Positions 46,359 to 55,393 of a DNA stretch of 64,000 bases are shown in pieces. A model generated the notes under the pieces. It searched no databases. It saw only the letters and a program-made list of their open reading frames with translations, and was not told where the DNA came from. A program made the position numbers and the translations under genes. Source of the stretch: a virus. Lineage: Duplodnaviria > Caudoviricetes. Location: positions 9,120 through 73,119 of the IMG/VR virus record IMGVR_UViG_2907388146_000002; one strand, 5' to 3'. Position 1 is the first letter of the stretch. Each line of letters starts with the position of its first letter.

Positions 46359-46622
46359 TTACGCATTGATTAAAATTCCGTTTCGCCAGATTTTTGTTTT
46401 ACTCGGTCGATTTTTCCGGTGGATGCCGTATTCGTATCGCTGGACCGAATACTCAACTCCTTCAGGTGCGATTCCCTGTAGTTCTGTTGCCGTCGAGATC
46501 GCTTTTTTCATTCCTTCTGGTCCTTCAAAACACTGCCCTATCGTTCCCCATAATCGGGGAGTATTGGTAGTTGGCGGCAAGTGTTGGTAAATATGAAACT
46601 CTTCCTTTAAAATCCCATTCAT
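46359..46622 (-). CDS. Hypothetical protein
   Basis: 87-aa ORF with GGAGGT upstream. Confidence 0.6.
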   Translation of the reverse strand: MNGILKEEFHIYQHLPPTTNTPRLWGTIGQCFEGPEGMKKAISTATELQGIAPEGVEYSVQRYEYGIHRKNRPSKTKIWRNGILINA

Positions 46623-46640
46623 GAAGCCTACCTCCGCTTG

Positions 46641-48047
46641 TTACTTCACTAAAACCAATTTGACACCCGTCGGATGTTCATAGCCGATCCCTATTCCCCT
46701 CTCACCCAATTTTGAAAATTCTTCATTTGAAGGCGGAGTGGGTAAGTGTAAAACGACACGTGTCGTTTTACTTTCGAATCTGGTCCCAGATTTTTCTAAA
46801 CAATCCGGTTCACTCTCTTTCGCAGCTCCCCAAGATAATTCGTCTTTTCTTATTTCGAATTCTGAATTTCGAAACTTGAGTGGAGCGTGTTCTCTAAAGT
46901 ATTTTTCATAGATAATCTTCTTTCCGTCCACATACGTCATTGGATCCCTATTTTGTTTATAGAAGTTGATCAATGAACTATGAAGATTTTTCTTTTCTGC
47001 CCACTGTAAAAAACATTCATGTCTAGTTTTAGGTTCCGGTTTATCCTGATCGACAAAACACTCGGAAGGCTTTCGTGACGGGATATCTTTCTTATTTGAC
47101 ACAGTTTCATTTTTTCTTTTCGGATATCTTTCTTTTGAAACTTGCCTTCTTCGATCTTGAGGAAATAGCCGTGCCCAAAATTTAAAAAGTGTTTCCGGGC
47201 TCACTGCCTGCTTTGCCCAAAAATTCCCGTCCTCGCTTCTCAGTTGCATTAGGACTTGAATTTTGAAATGAACCTGGCTCCAATCTCCGTTTGTAGTTTC
47301 GTATATCCATTGCAAGCTCTTGAGTTCGGAAACCGGCTCTCCCATCGATATTCCATGTTCTTGGTTGTACGCCTTTTGGAAGGATTCAAGCCAAAGAGCT
47401 GGGAAACTCCAGGGTGTGGCTTTTTCATTTGGATTGTTTGCGGTTTTAAACGGCTGGTCTGCCAGGTCCTTCTCTCTAGAAGTATTTGAGTTTTGGTTTT
47501 TTAGGATTTGGTCCATTAGTACTTTGTCTTTAGTACTTAGTAGGGGCCGTTTTACCGGAGCCGAGTTTTCCACTTCTGGGGAAACCGGTGTCCGTTCTAC
47601 CGAGAGCGGAAAAACCGTTCCTGGCAATTTCGCTTCCGGCTCTTCTGGTCTGTCAAATAATCCAGGCTCTAGATCGGCCTTCGATTTAGCCTTTTTGTTA
47701 CTTACTTTAGCCGTCAAAACATACGGCTTCTTCGAAGTCTCAAAAAAATACCAGACTTGTGCGATTCTTCCGGTTTGTGGATCCCTTTCACGGTTTAGCT
47801 CCGCGTAACCAAAATGCTCAAGCTCCCGAAGCCCGGCAACTGTGCTTTCTCTTTTGTCCGAAGCATGAGTTTGTAATTCCTCGCTATTTACAGACCAGTC
47901 GGGAGGAAGTTGTAAAATAAAGATTAAAAGACCACGAGCTTTCCAGCTAAGACGATGATCTCGGATCCATATATTCGAAGAGATCGTAAAGTCCCGTTCA
48001 ATTCCTTCGGTATGAAATATCCTTTGTTTTTTTGAAAAGAGAATCAT
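46641..48047 (-). CDS. Phage replication-initiator-like HTH protein
   Basis: DFTISSNIWIRDHRLSWKARGLL...PDW...LRELEHFGY N-terminal motif. Confidence 0.7.
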   Translation of the reverse strand: MILFSKKQRIFHTEGIERDFTISSNIWIRDHRLSWKARGLLIFILQLPPDWSVNSEELQTHASDKRESTVAGLRELEHFGYAELNRERDPQTGRIAQVWYFFETSKKPYVLTAKVSNKKAKSKADLEPGLFDRPEEPEAKLPGTVFPLSVERTPVSPEVENSAPVKRPLLSTKDKVLMDQILKNQNSNTSREKDLADQPFKTANNPNEKATPWSFPALWLESFQKAYNQEHGISMGEPVSELKSLQWIYETTNGDWSQVHFKIQVLMQLRSEDGNFWAKQAVSPETLFKFWARLFPQDRRRQVSKERYPKRKNETVSNKKDIPSRKPSECFVDQDKPEPKTRHECFLQWAEKKNLHSSLINFYKQNRDPMTYVDGKKIIYEKYFREHAPLKFRNSEFEIRKDELSWGAAKESEPDCLEKSGTRFESKTTRVVLHLPTPPSNEEFSKLGERGIGIGYEHPTGVKLVLVK

Positions 48048-48400
48048 ACACTTATGCTCTTCTCGTTTCGAAACAAATCTGAAACGATCTCAAAGCAAGA
48101 AAACGGACTTTGGATTCCCAAATCTGCTCTCAAATCCCAGGCATTCGAGAGAGCCCCCAATATCTCACGGACTCGTTCCATTGAATCAGTGAAGTAAAAA
48201 AGATATCCTCGTTCCTTGAATAGCACGGCCTCCCCGATTTCAACCGAAAGCCCAGATATACGAGAACACTTGTATACCAATGGCTCCAACGGACTTTTCA
48301 AGAAACGATACTCAGTGAGGAGTTTTTCAAGAGGAGGAGAATCCGGCAGGGAGATTGCACTCGAAGCGGAAGAAGAATTCGGAGAAAGCAAATTTTCCAA
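48044..48400 (-). CDS. Hypothetical protein
   Basis: Coupled to the replication gene. Confidence 0.5.
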   Translation of the reverse strand: MENLLSPNSSSASSAISLPDSPPLEKLLTEYRFLKSPLEPLVYKCSRISGLSVEIGEAVLFKERGYLFYFTDSMERVREILGALSNAWDLRADLGIQSPFSCFEIVSDLFRNEKSISV

Positions 48401-48423
48401 GAGTTGATTCCTTGTGATAAATT

Positions 48424-48561
48424 CTATTTTTTGAAATATATCTTATTTAAGTTTTTCAGGATGTCCTCATCGGTTCGTCGTTTGGGAAGGATGAATAAAA
48501 TGACCACCCCTACCCCGCCGACCAAGAGAATCCCGCAAAAAACAATCAGGATAGCTTCCAT
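48424..48561 (-). CDS. Small membrane protein (45 aa)
   Basis: MEAILIVFCGILLVGGVGVVILFILPKRR...; GGAGGG upstream; below the ORF-track cutoff. Confidence 0.6.
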   Translation of the reverse strand: MEAILIVFCGILLVGGVGVVILFILPKRRTDEDILKNLNKIYFKK

Positions 48562-48640
48562 TTCTTCCCCTCCTCGAAATGAAATTTTTCAGCTCGGGTA
48601 TTTCCCCCAAACTGTTCAAAATACCAAAATATAGGTTTTA

Positions 48641-48853
48641 TTACTTTTGAGAATCATTGACTTCCTGATCCTTCAAATACCAAATTTCTTCTTCCATGAT
48701 CCAATCAATGCACCAAATAAAGGACTCGTCCCGAAGCATAACTTCATTTGTATATCGATCATATACTTCAAAATAGGCAATCTTATCTTTCTGGGTTTTG
48801 ACTTCACGAAATTTATACTGCTCGATCGGCCTCAAGATTTTCGGCTTCGTCAT
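48641..48853 (-). CDS. Hypothetical protein
   Basis: 70-aa ORF with AGGGGG upstream; first gene of the leftward early operon. Confidence 0.6.
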   Translation of the reverse strand: MTKPKILRPIEQYKFREVKTQKDKIAYFEVYDRYTNEVMLRDESFIWCIDWIMEEEIWYLKDQEVNDSQK

Positions 48854-49155
48854 TGCCCCCTAAGTAGGTTCCCGAGAATTCTTTAAGAAGAAATTTCATT
48901 CCTTTTTGAGTTATGACCGTCTCTTTATAATAACGATTTACCGGAATTTGCTCCGTTAAAATATATGCTTGCCTTATCGTAAGCATTGCATATTTCTCGC
49001 TATATTCCGGGTTATTCGCACAGGATTTCGTCTATCAACGCAAACCGTACTCTGGTAAAACTGAAAGGTAATCACTTGATCCGTAGACATGGAGTAACTC
49101 TAATAATTTTCTTCCTTTCTCCGCAAAATCGGAGCTAAAGGACTTGTCTTATATT

Positions 49156-49201
49156 GTGCGGTTAGCGCACTCTGTAAACTAAAAAACTGCGGATTTTGCA
49201 C
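49156..49201. promoter_or_regulatory. Two candidate 15-bp operators
   Basis: GTGCG-N5-CGCAC (49156-49170) and CTGCG-N5-TGCAC (49187-49201) just upstream of the XRE gene. Confidence 0.45.
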
Positions 49202-49209
49202 TTTTTATT

Positions 49210-49578
49210 ATGACCTTAAAAGAACGCTTTGAAAGTATCGAAGAAGAAAACAATCTTACTCACGATCAGTTTGCAAAGGAAATCGGAACGTCCAGGAGAC
49301 AGTACTTCGCTTACAAGAAAGGAGAGCCTGTTCCGGAATACAGATTTGATATAATTGAATCGAAATTTAATGTTCGAAGAGAATGGATTAAAGAAGAAGA
49401 AGGTGAGAAATATATCACCGATGAATTTGAAGAAATGAATTCAAAATTGAGAACGATTAAGAAGCTAGAGAGCCTTGGTATTTGGTCTTATCTTGAGGCC
49501 TTACCTTCGAACCTTCCAAAAGCGAAGAAGACGATGATTCAAGAATTTCTACGTTTTGCATCTGGCGGCGAAAAATAG
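49210..49578 (+). CDS. XRE-family HTH transcriptional regulator
   Basis: LTHDQFAKEIGTSRRQYFAYKKG...FNVRREWI; divergent from the early operon. Confidence 0.8.
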   Translation: MTLKERFESIEEENNLTHDQFAKEIGTSRRQYFAYKKGEPVPEYRFDIIESKFNVRREWIKEEEGEKYITDEFEEMNSKLRTIKKLESLGIWSYLEALPSNLPKAKKTMIQEFLRFASGGEK

Positions 49579-50421
49579 CCAGTTGTTCAGTGACCGCTCC
49601 TTCTGCCGCTCGCTTAGGAGATTGCCCTTTCAACATCTTTCCGAACATTCTTCGTAATACCGAAACTAATTCTTTCTTCAAAATTTCATCGTTCACAAAA
49701 CACCCTGTTTTAACCGTCTTAAAGTCTATCGGCTTCTTGTGTCAATTCAGCTTCCACATGATGACTAAAAAATATGTTCTTTTTTGAAACGACATGGCAG
49801 GGCTGAAAGTTTAGCAATCGTATTTTGTTCAGTATAATTTTGACCTTTAATTATATTCGACTGGCTTCAGAGATCCGACATTTAATTTCGAAATTGTTTA
49901 ATCCGAAATGCCGAACTTTTAGATGCTCAATCGTAACCTCACTGAATCAAAAAAGACCTTCGGTTTTTTAAATTGTTTTATTATTTGTTTTAGATGAAAA
50001 TTGCCTCTTAACATAACCCAAATCACCTATTTTACATTTTGCCCCTCCCCTATCCGCCCTCCCGCAGAAAGAAAAGCACACAGTGAAAAATATCGGAAAA
50101 TCGAGTTTTTTGGGGAATTTTGTTTATTTCGTATTATGTCCCTTAAAAAATATTCAATTAGCGCTCTTTTCAATCCTTTGGTCCCCACTTCAATAGGCCA
50201 AGTACCCGGAAAATACTTTATAGCACCTTCTTAAATGTCAGCTCAAAACCAGCTCCGTAATATTTTGATTCAATTGAAATATATTTGGCTCATAGCTTCT
50301 TTTGTTTAATTTTCTAAATTTTTAGCCATTTTATTAGCTACTCAAAAGTTTAAATATTGGATTCGCCACCTATTGAAAGCTTAATCTTTCATCATATCGC
50401 CAATTTTAGTCGAGCCCAACT

Positions 50422-50469
50422 TTTTTCCATTTCAAATGGGAATGCGCGTTCCCATTTGAAATGGAAAAA
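50422..50469. repeat. 21-bp-arm inverted repeat, candidate centromere site
   Basis: TTTTTCCATTTCAAATGGGAA-N6-TTCCCATTTGAAATGGAAAAA. Confidence 0.75.
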
Positions 50470-50541
50470 TATTTTTAAAATTTTCCAGTTTTTTATTTTT
50501 GCGCTTTCTCAATTTTCCTTGTTTTTTACTCTTTCTAATTG

Positions 50542-51294
50542 ATGAAAATTATACCAATTTGTTCAGGGAAAGGTGGCGTGGGTAAAACCACAAATACTAT
50601 ATACTTAGGGCAAACCCTATCTCATCTAGGAAACAAAGTTCTGGCTATTGACTTTGATTTCAATCGAAGCCTCAGCAAATTCATGTTCTCTCATTTCAAA
50701 CTAAATGAGCAGGAGGCTATTTACAAAAACTCCTTCAATATGCTCATGGATGCTGAAAATTACGAAAATTACATTTTCAAAACTGGACATGGAATCGATT
50801 TTATTCCTGCCGTCGAAAAACTTAAAAAAGTTGATTTGGAATTTTATGACGATCCAAGACTTAAATTTAGATTTGAAAAATTGCTAAGGAAATTAGATTA
50901 CGATTTTATCCTATTAGATCTCCATAACGTCGTAAACGTAGTCCTATTAGCCGCCCTTCATAGCGCAGACCACGTAATTTCTCCCATTGAATATGGGGCA
51001 TGGAGCTTTGACGGTACAGATGACATGTTAAAAGTTTTTAAAGAAACAGAAGCGGCTTTAAAGAAAAAAATCAACTTCACCGTGGTTCCCTCAAGAATCC
51101 CTAAAAATAAAATAGAAGAGCTAATTGAAGTTTGCGAATATAACGGATTAAACGTTAGTAAATTTGCGAATATTAATGACAACACTGTCCATACAGCGTC
51201 AAATTTAGGTGAATTTTTAAACCCGAAAAAACATTCTGCATTCGATCGTTTTTTAATTTTAGCTAACGAGGTTTCCAATGGCAGAAAAAAATAA
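50542..51294 (+). CDS. parA: ParA-family partition ATPase
   Basis: SGKGGVGKTT deviant Walker A, AIDFDFNRSL, YDFILLD. Confidence 0.9.
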   Translation: MKIIPICSGKGGVGKTTNTIYLGQTLSHLGNKVLAIDFDFNRSLSKFMFSHFKLNEQEAIYKNSFNMLMDAENYENYIFKTGHGIDFIPAVEKLKKVDLEFYDDPRLKFRFEKLLRKLDYDFILLDLHNVVNVVLLAALHSADHVISPIEYGAWSFDGTDDMLKVFKETEAALKKKINFTVVPSRIPKNKIEELIEVCEYNGLNVSKFANINDNTVHTASNLGEFLNPKKHSAFDRFLILANEVSNGRKK

Positions 51295-51916
51295 ATTAAG
51301 TAGGAGAGAGTTAGTTAAGGCATCCTTAAAAAAGAATAAGGATGTAGAGCAGCCAAAAACCCCTTCAACAAATAGTGATGTTAAGTCAATTGACCCCCAA
51401 CTTGAAAAACTTAGAGATTTTTTTAAATCATTACTTAACGCTCACAGAAGGACCATTTCCGCATCAATTGAATTTGGCGAGCAATTGTATAATGCCAAAA
51501 TTTCCATTGGCCACGGAGGCTTTATTGATTATATCGAAAAAAATAAAGCTTACTTAGGTTTCGATAGACGCGCTGCAAGTAACTATTTGAGAATTTATCA
51601 ATTTCAGCAATTTATCAGCAAGGATGCTAAAACTATTCAGGAAGCGATTAGTGATATCAGGGCAGCCACAAAAGGATTACCGGATCCAGATGTAGAAAAG
51701 CGACTTGAAAAAGAAATAAACCCACTTGAATATAATTATACAAAAGCAAAGAAACTGTATCATTTATTCAAAAAGAAAAGTAAAGGGAAAAAGGGCCTGA
51801 AGAAGCCTGTTGCAGATTACATTAAAAGATTTATCGAAGAGGAAATTGAAAAAGAAAATAATAAACATACTGAAATCATTTCTAATCTTGAAAATGACTT
51901 AAAACTCCTCCTGTAA
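51278..51916 (+). CDS. DUF3102-like putative partition adaptor
   Basis: IEFGEQLYNAKISIGHGGFIDYIE...AASNYLRIY; overlaps the parA stop. Confidence 0.65.
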   Translation: MAEKNKLSRRELVKASLKKNKDVEQPKTPSTNSDVKSIDPQLEKLRDFFKSLLNAHRRTISASIEFGEQLYNAKISIGHGGFIDYIEKNKAYLGFDRRAASNYLRIYQFQQFISKDAKTIQEAISDIRAATKGLPDPDVEKRLEKEINPLEYNYTKAKKLYHLFKKKSKGKKGLKKPVADYIKRFIEEEIEKENNKHTEIISNLENDLKLLL

Positions 51917-51947
51917 TTCAAATGGGAACACATATTCCCATTTGAAT
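51916..51947. repeat. Second copy of the TTCAAATGGGAA-N6-TTCCCATTTGAA palindrome
   Basis: ATTCAAATGGGAA-CACATA-TTCCCATTTGAAT directly after the adaptor gene stop. Confidence 0.75.
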
Positions 51948-52073
51948 CGTAACATTTCAGATTATCCTCCAGTTAAAATTATTTTTAATATTTCTCCAAA
52001 AAAGAGTACCCAAAAAGAGTACATAGTTTATAGTCGTTGCGTAATCTCCTTCCGAGATTCGTTTTCAGAAAAA

Positions 52074-52103
52074 GCCTGCGAAGGGGTGAGATACTTCGCA
52101 GGC
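52074..52103. terminator. 10-bp-stem hairpin between the par operon and rep
   Basis: GCCTGCGAAG/CTTCGCAGGC; T-tracts on both strands. Confidence 0.45.
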
Positions 52104-52363
52104 ATTCCTACTTTTTTTACTTAAAGTGACATAATTTTACTTGACTATCGTTTAGTACTATATTCTAGTCCGAATTTGAAATAGCTTTAGGAGACATAAC
52201 TAAAGCGCGGCTTATCTCACATTTTGCCGTCTGAAAACGAATCGAGGACCATCAATAGGCTCCGCGCCTAAACCATGCTCCCCGTTTCTTACTGTAGAGT
52301 AGGGTAATACACTTACCATGCGCGCCCGAAGTATGTCCGCATCGGTAAAAATTGAGCAAAGCA

Positions 52364-53485
52364 ATGGAAGCAAATCAGCAAATCCAGGGAAAATATCGCC
52401 CTGGGCCTATCGATCAAATGAGGATATTGAGAAGTAAAAAGGATTTACTGGCAAAGGTCGCTCAACTTGATATAAACAACAGAGCAAGAGGTTTTGAAGG
52501 TTGCACGGCAACAAATAAAGAAATTGGAGAATATGTAGATTTGGCTGAAACGACAGTTTCAAAATATATTCGAGAATTTCGAAGAGAAGGAATCTTAATT
52601 CAAGTCTCTTTTCGCGGCACATATAGAGTACTTAGAATTTGCGACGAATTGCATAAGGCAATCGTACAGGAAAAAAATCGAAATTTAGAACGCTATGATT
52701 CAAAAAAAGCCCCGGACTCTAATCCTAGTCAAAGCAGCAAGGGTAGTACTGAGGGTAAAAAAAGCCTAGGACAGAGGTACCAAAATGCCCCGTACCACGA
52801 GTCGTCCTCTTGTTGTACTTCCCTAGAGACTTCTGTACCAACTTATGTACACCCTACATTTGATGAAAATGGAGATGAATGGAAAAAGTTCTTAACCTAT
52901 TCAGATGAAAGACTAACAAAGAGTAGTAGAATTGTATTGCATGAGTTAAAAGTAAACTCAGACGGAAAAACCCTTACACTTTCGAAAGGAGTTTCAGATT
53001 CACTTTTAAATTTAATTTCGAAATATTTCGCGGAAGAAATGAAATTGAAACTCATAGTAAAAATTCAATCCAACAACACTTTAGTAACAGAAAATAACGA
53101 TTCAAATTTAGAGTCGGAAAAAAATAGGAAAGAATCTTTTCTACCAGAAACCCAAATTGAAAACCAAAAACTTTCTGAAGTTTCTATTGTGCCACAGAAC
53201 GTAATGTCCGAGACAAAAATAGAATACGAATATTTCTATAACATCCGATTCCGAGACGAGGCAATAAGAGGATTTTTAGACTATTCTAATTTAAAGTTAG
53301 AACGATCTGACTTGGACATTTTAAGAAGCGTAAGAATCCATTATGATTTTGAGAAGATAACATTTTTTGACCCGATTCCAGAGAAACTTAAAAACCATAT
53401 AAGAGAATACTTTTACTATAAAACAAAATCAGTGATAGCGCCCGTGTTTATGGAAAATAGGATACACTTTCATTCGGCAGCTTGA
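52364..53485 (+). CDS. Plasmid replication initiator (Rep, N-terminal HTH)
   Basis: GCTATNKEIGEYVDLAETTVSKYIREFRREG HTH; between the par and DnaC-like genes. Confidence 0.7.
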   Translation: MEANQQIQGKYRPGPIDQMRILRSKKDLLAKVAQLDINNRARGFEGCTATNKEIGEYVDLAETTVSKYIREFRREGILIQVSFRGTYRVLRICDELHKAIVQEKNRNLERYDSKKAPDSNPSQSSKGSTEGKKSLGQRYQNAPYHESSSCCTSLETSVPTYVHPTFDENGDEWKKFLTYSDERLTKSSRIVLHELKVNSDGKTLTLSKGVSDSLLNLISKYFAEEMKLKLIVKIQSNNTLVTENNDSNLESEKNRKESFLPETQIENQKLSEVSIVPQNVMSETKIEYEYFYNIRFRDEAIRGFLDYSNLKLERSDLDILRSVRIHYDFEKITFFDPIPEKLKNHIREYFYYKTKSVIAPVFMENRIHFHSAA

Positions 53486-53627
53486 TTTATTCTGAATTAG
53501 TATATTATTTATTCATAAATTATTTTGCACCTTTTGTTCGAAGTTGGTAGCCCTCTCGAATAAGAAGTTCATAAGTGAATGAAAATAATAATGTTTGCGA
53601 ATATTTTGGGCAAGATAAGGAAATAAT

Positions 53628-54473
53628 ATGATTTTGAAAAATATTGTTACCAAAAGGGAAGGGGATGCCAATTGTTCCAAGTGCGGTGGAGTTGGGTTTT
53701 ACCTAACCGAAAAAACGGCCGGTCAAATCTCTAGTGTTTTAACGCTATGTGGGTGTACTTCTGAAAATTGCCCCTGTAACGGAAAGCAACCTTGGATGGT
53801 CTTTGATTCTTCACAAAGTAAAATGATTCCGTGCGTTTGTCACGCGGCTCGAATGGAACTCGGGAAATACGAAACTTTGTTCAATAAGTCGGGAATTCCT
53901 CCTAAATATAAATTTAGAACTTTCGACCAAATGGAGCACGATTCGAGTATTGGAATTCAATTCACGATTGCCCATGACTGGGGATGTGAATTGGTAAAGA
54001 ATTGGAACGATGATAAAATCCAAAATGAGGGATTATATCTCTGGGGAAATCCAGGAACAGGAAAGACCTTGTTGGCCTGTGGAATCTTAAACGAGATGAT
54101 CTTTCGTTATCAGGAAAATTGCAAATACGCTAAGATTAACAGAGATTTCTTTGATAAGATTAGAGACTCCTATCAAAAGGGATCAGAGATACACGGAAAA
54201 GAAAAAGCGATCGAAACAGAGTTTGCAAACGTTCCAATACTTGTACTGGACGATTTTGGGGTACAAAAGGAAACTGATTGGTCAAATTCTAAGTTGTACG
54301 ACTTGATTGATGCTCGCTACGAACAAGGACGAGTAACTATAATTACTTCGAACTTTCCTTTATCAACTTTCAAAAACCAAGCAGAGGGAAGAGTGTATTC
54401 CAGATTGTGCGAAATGACGAAAGAGTTATCGCTGTCCGAGTGTAGTGATTATCGAGAAAAATTAGCAAAATAA
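53628..54473 (+). CDS. DnaC/IstB-like AAA+ ATPase with N-terminal Cys motifs
   Basis: CSKCGG, CVC, GNPGTGKT, LVLDDFG, IITSN, RVYSRL. Confidence 0.9.
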   Translation: MILKNIVTKREGDANCSKCGGVGFYLTEKTAGQISSVLTLCGCTSENCPCNGKQPWMVFDSSQSKMIPCVCHAARMELGKYETLFNKSGIPPKYKFRTFDQMEHDSSIGIQFTIAHDWGCELVKNWNDDKIQNEGLYLWGNPGTGKTLLACGILNEMIFRYQENCKYAKINRDFFDKIRDSYQKGSEIHGKEKAIETEFANVPILVLDDFGVQKETDWSNSKLYDLIDARYEQGRVTIITSNFPLSTFKNQAEGRVYSRLCEMTKELSLSECSDYREKLAK

Positions 54474-54778
54474 TTTCTAAACGAATGCTCCTTGTTGAGA
54501 AGGTTGTATCAATAAGGACATTTCAATACTTCCCTATGATCTGGTCACGATTCTTAGATTATTCTGAAATCGAATATTTTGAATGGAATTAGCATGGGAA
54601 ACGGAAATATAATATACCTTTGGATTATAGCACAGGGATTTATGTTAACGCCAAGATTAATTAAGATTCTCTGTATATTCCGAATATGTCAGGACGTAAA
54701 ATCTCGCACCAATGTGAAAGAGTGGCGTCTCGAATTGAACATTTGTAACCGATTTCAGGTCGTTTCAAAATACCTTCT

Positions 54779-55387
54779 TCACTTCCTTCTCCAGATAAAA
54801 ATCGTAAATATCAAGTTCAACATAGATAAGACCGCAAGACAAATCAATGCGGTTTGATAAAATCTTTCTTTAGAAGATACCTTTTCACTTTCTTGATTGA
54901 AAGACCGTGTTTGTAAAAGAATCGAGTTGAGTTCTTCTTTAACATCCTGAATAGAACGATAGATCTCGGAGTCTAAAAGAATGATAATATTGGAACCTAA
55001 AGCTTTTCCAAAGGTTGTTTGATGAAAGTTTCTCTGATTCGGTATTTTCCGCAAATTCTCAAGCTCCGATTTCAATTCTTGATTGAGAGGCCATTTGAGA
55101 TATGCTTTTTGCAGAAATTGTTTTGCACGTTCATAATTAGCTTTCTTTACTTCTTCTCTTCCGAGGCCGATCCAGGCACGAGTTAAAATAAATTCCGCCT
55201 TGGGATCAGATGGATTGTTGGACAGAAGAGATACCGCGAGTTGTTCTGCTTGCGAATATTGTTTTTCTTCTAAAAATCTTTCTCCATCCTCATGGCTTCC
55301 AGACATGATTTCTTCTGAGAATATTCCTTTTGTTAGAAGAGTTAAGAAAAGGAGTGAATAGATGAGAATTTGTAAAATCGATTTCAT
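54779..55387 (-). CDS. TPR-containing exported protein with C-terminal TM
   Basis: Signal peptide, TPR-like helices, hydrophobic C-terminus. Confidence 0.7.
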   Translation of the reverse strand: MKSILQILIYSLLFLTLLTKGIFSEEIMSGSHEDGERFLEEKQYSQAEQLAVSLLSNNPSDPKAEFILTRAWIGLGREEVKKANYERAKQFLQKAYLKWPLNQELKSELENLRKIPNQRNFHQTTFGKALGSNIIILLDSEIYRSIQDVKEELNSILLQTRSFNQESEKVSSKERFYQTALICLAVLSMLNLIFTIFIWRRK

Positions 55388-55393
55388 ATAAAA

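Larger units (their letters stand above)
1..54473. mobile_element. Phage-plasmid/prophage with SPO1-like contractile-tail morphogenesis genes and a plasmid-type ParA/Rep replicon (left end outside window)
   Basis: Capsid, protease, terminase, sheath, tube and baseplate genes co-occur with ParA, Rep and a DnaC-like gene; no integrase seen in the window. Confidence 0.85.

Noticed and set aside
47320-47808. 162-aa plus-strand ORF, and similar shadow ORFs (4469-4852, 9827-10081, 42016-42246 and others)
   Set aside because: Antisense to well-supported genes, with no motifs or RBS
49457-49696. 79-aa minus-strand ORF
   Set aside because: Overlaps the XRE gene by about 120 nt convergently and has no recognisable motif; cannot be supported
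50091-50097. TATCGGA as another late promoter
   Set aside because: No TAnnnT at the 14-nt spacing (GCTTTT) and no downstream start
54579-54857. 92-aa plus-strand ORF between dnaC-like and TPR genes
   Set aside because: TTG start, no RBS, overlaps the TPR gene end, atypical composition
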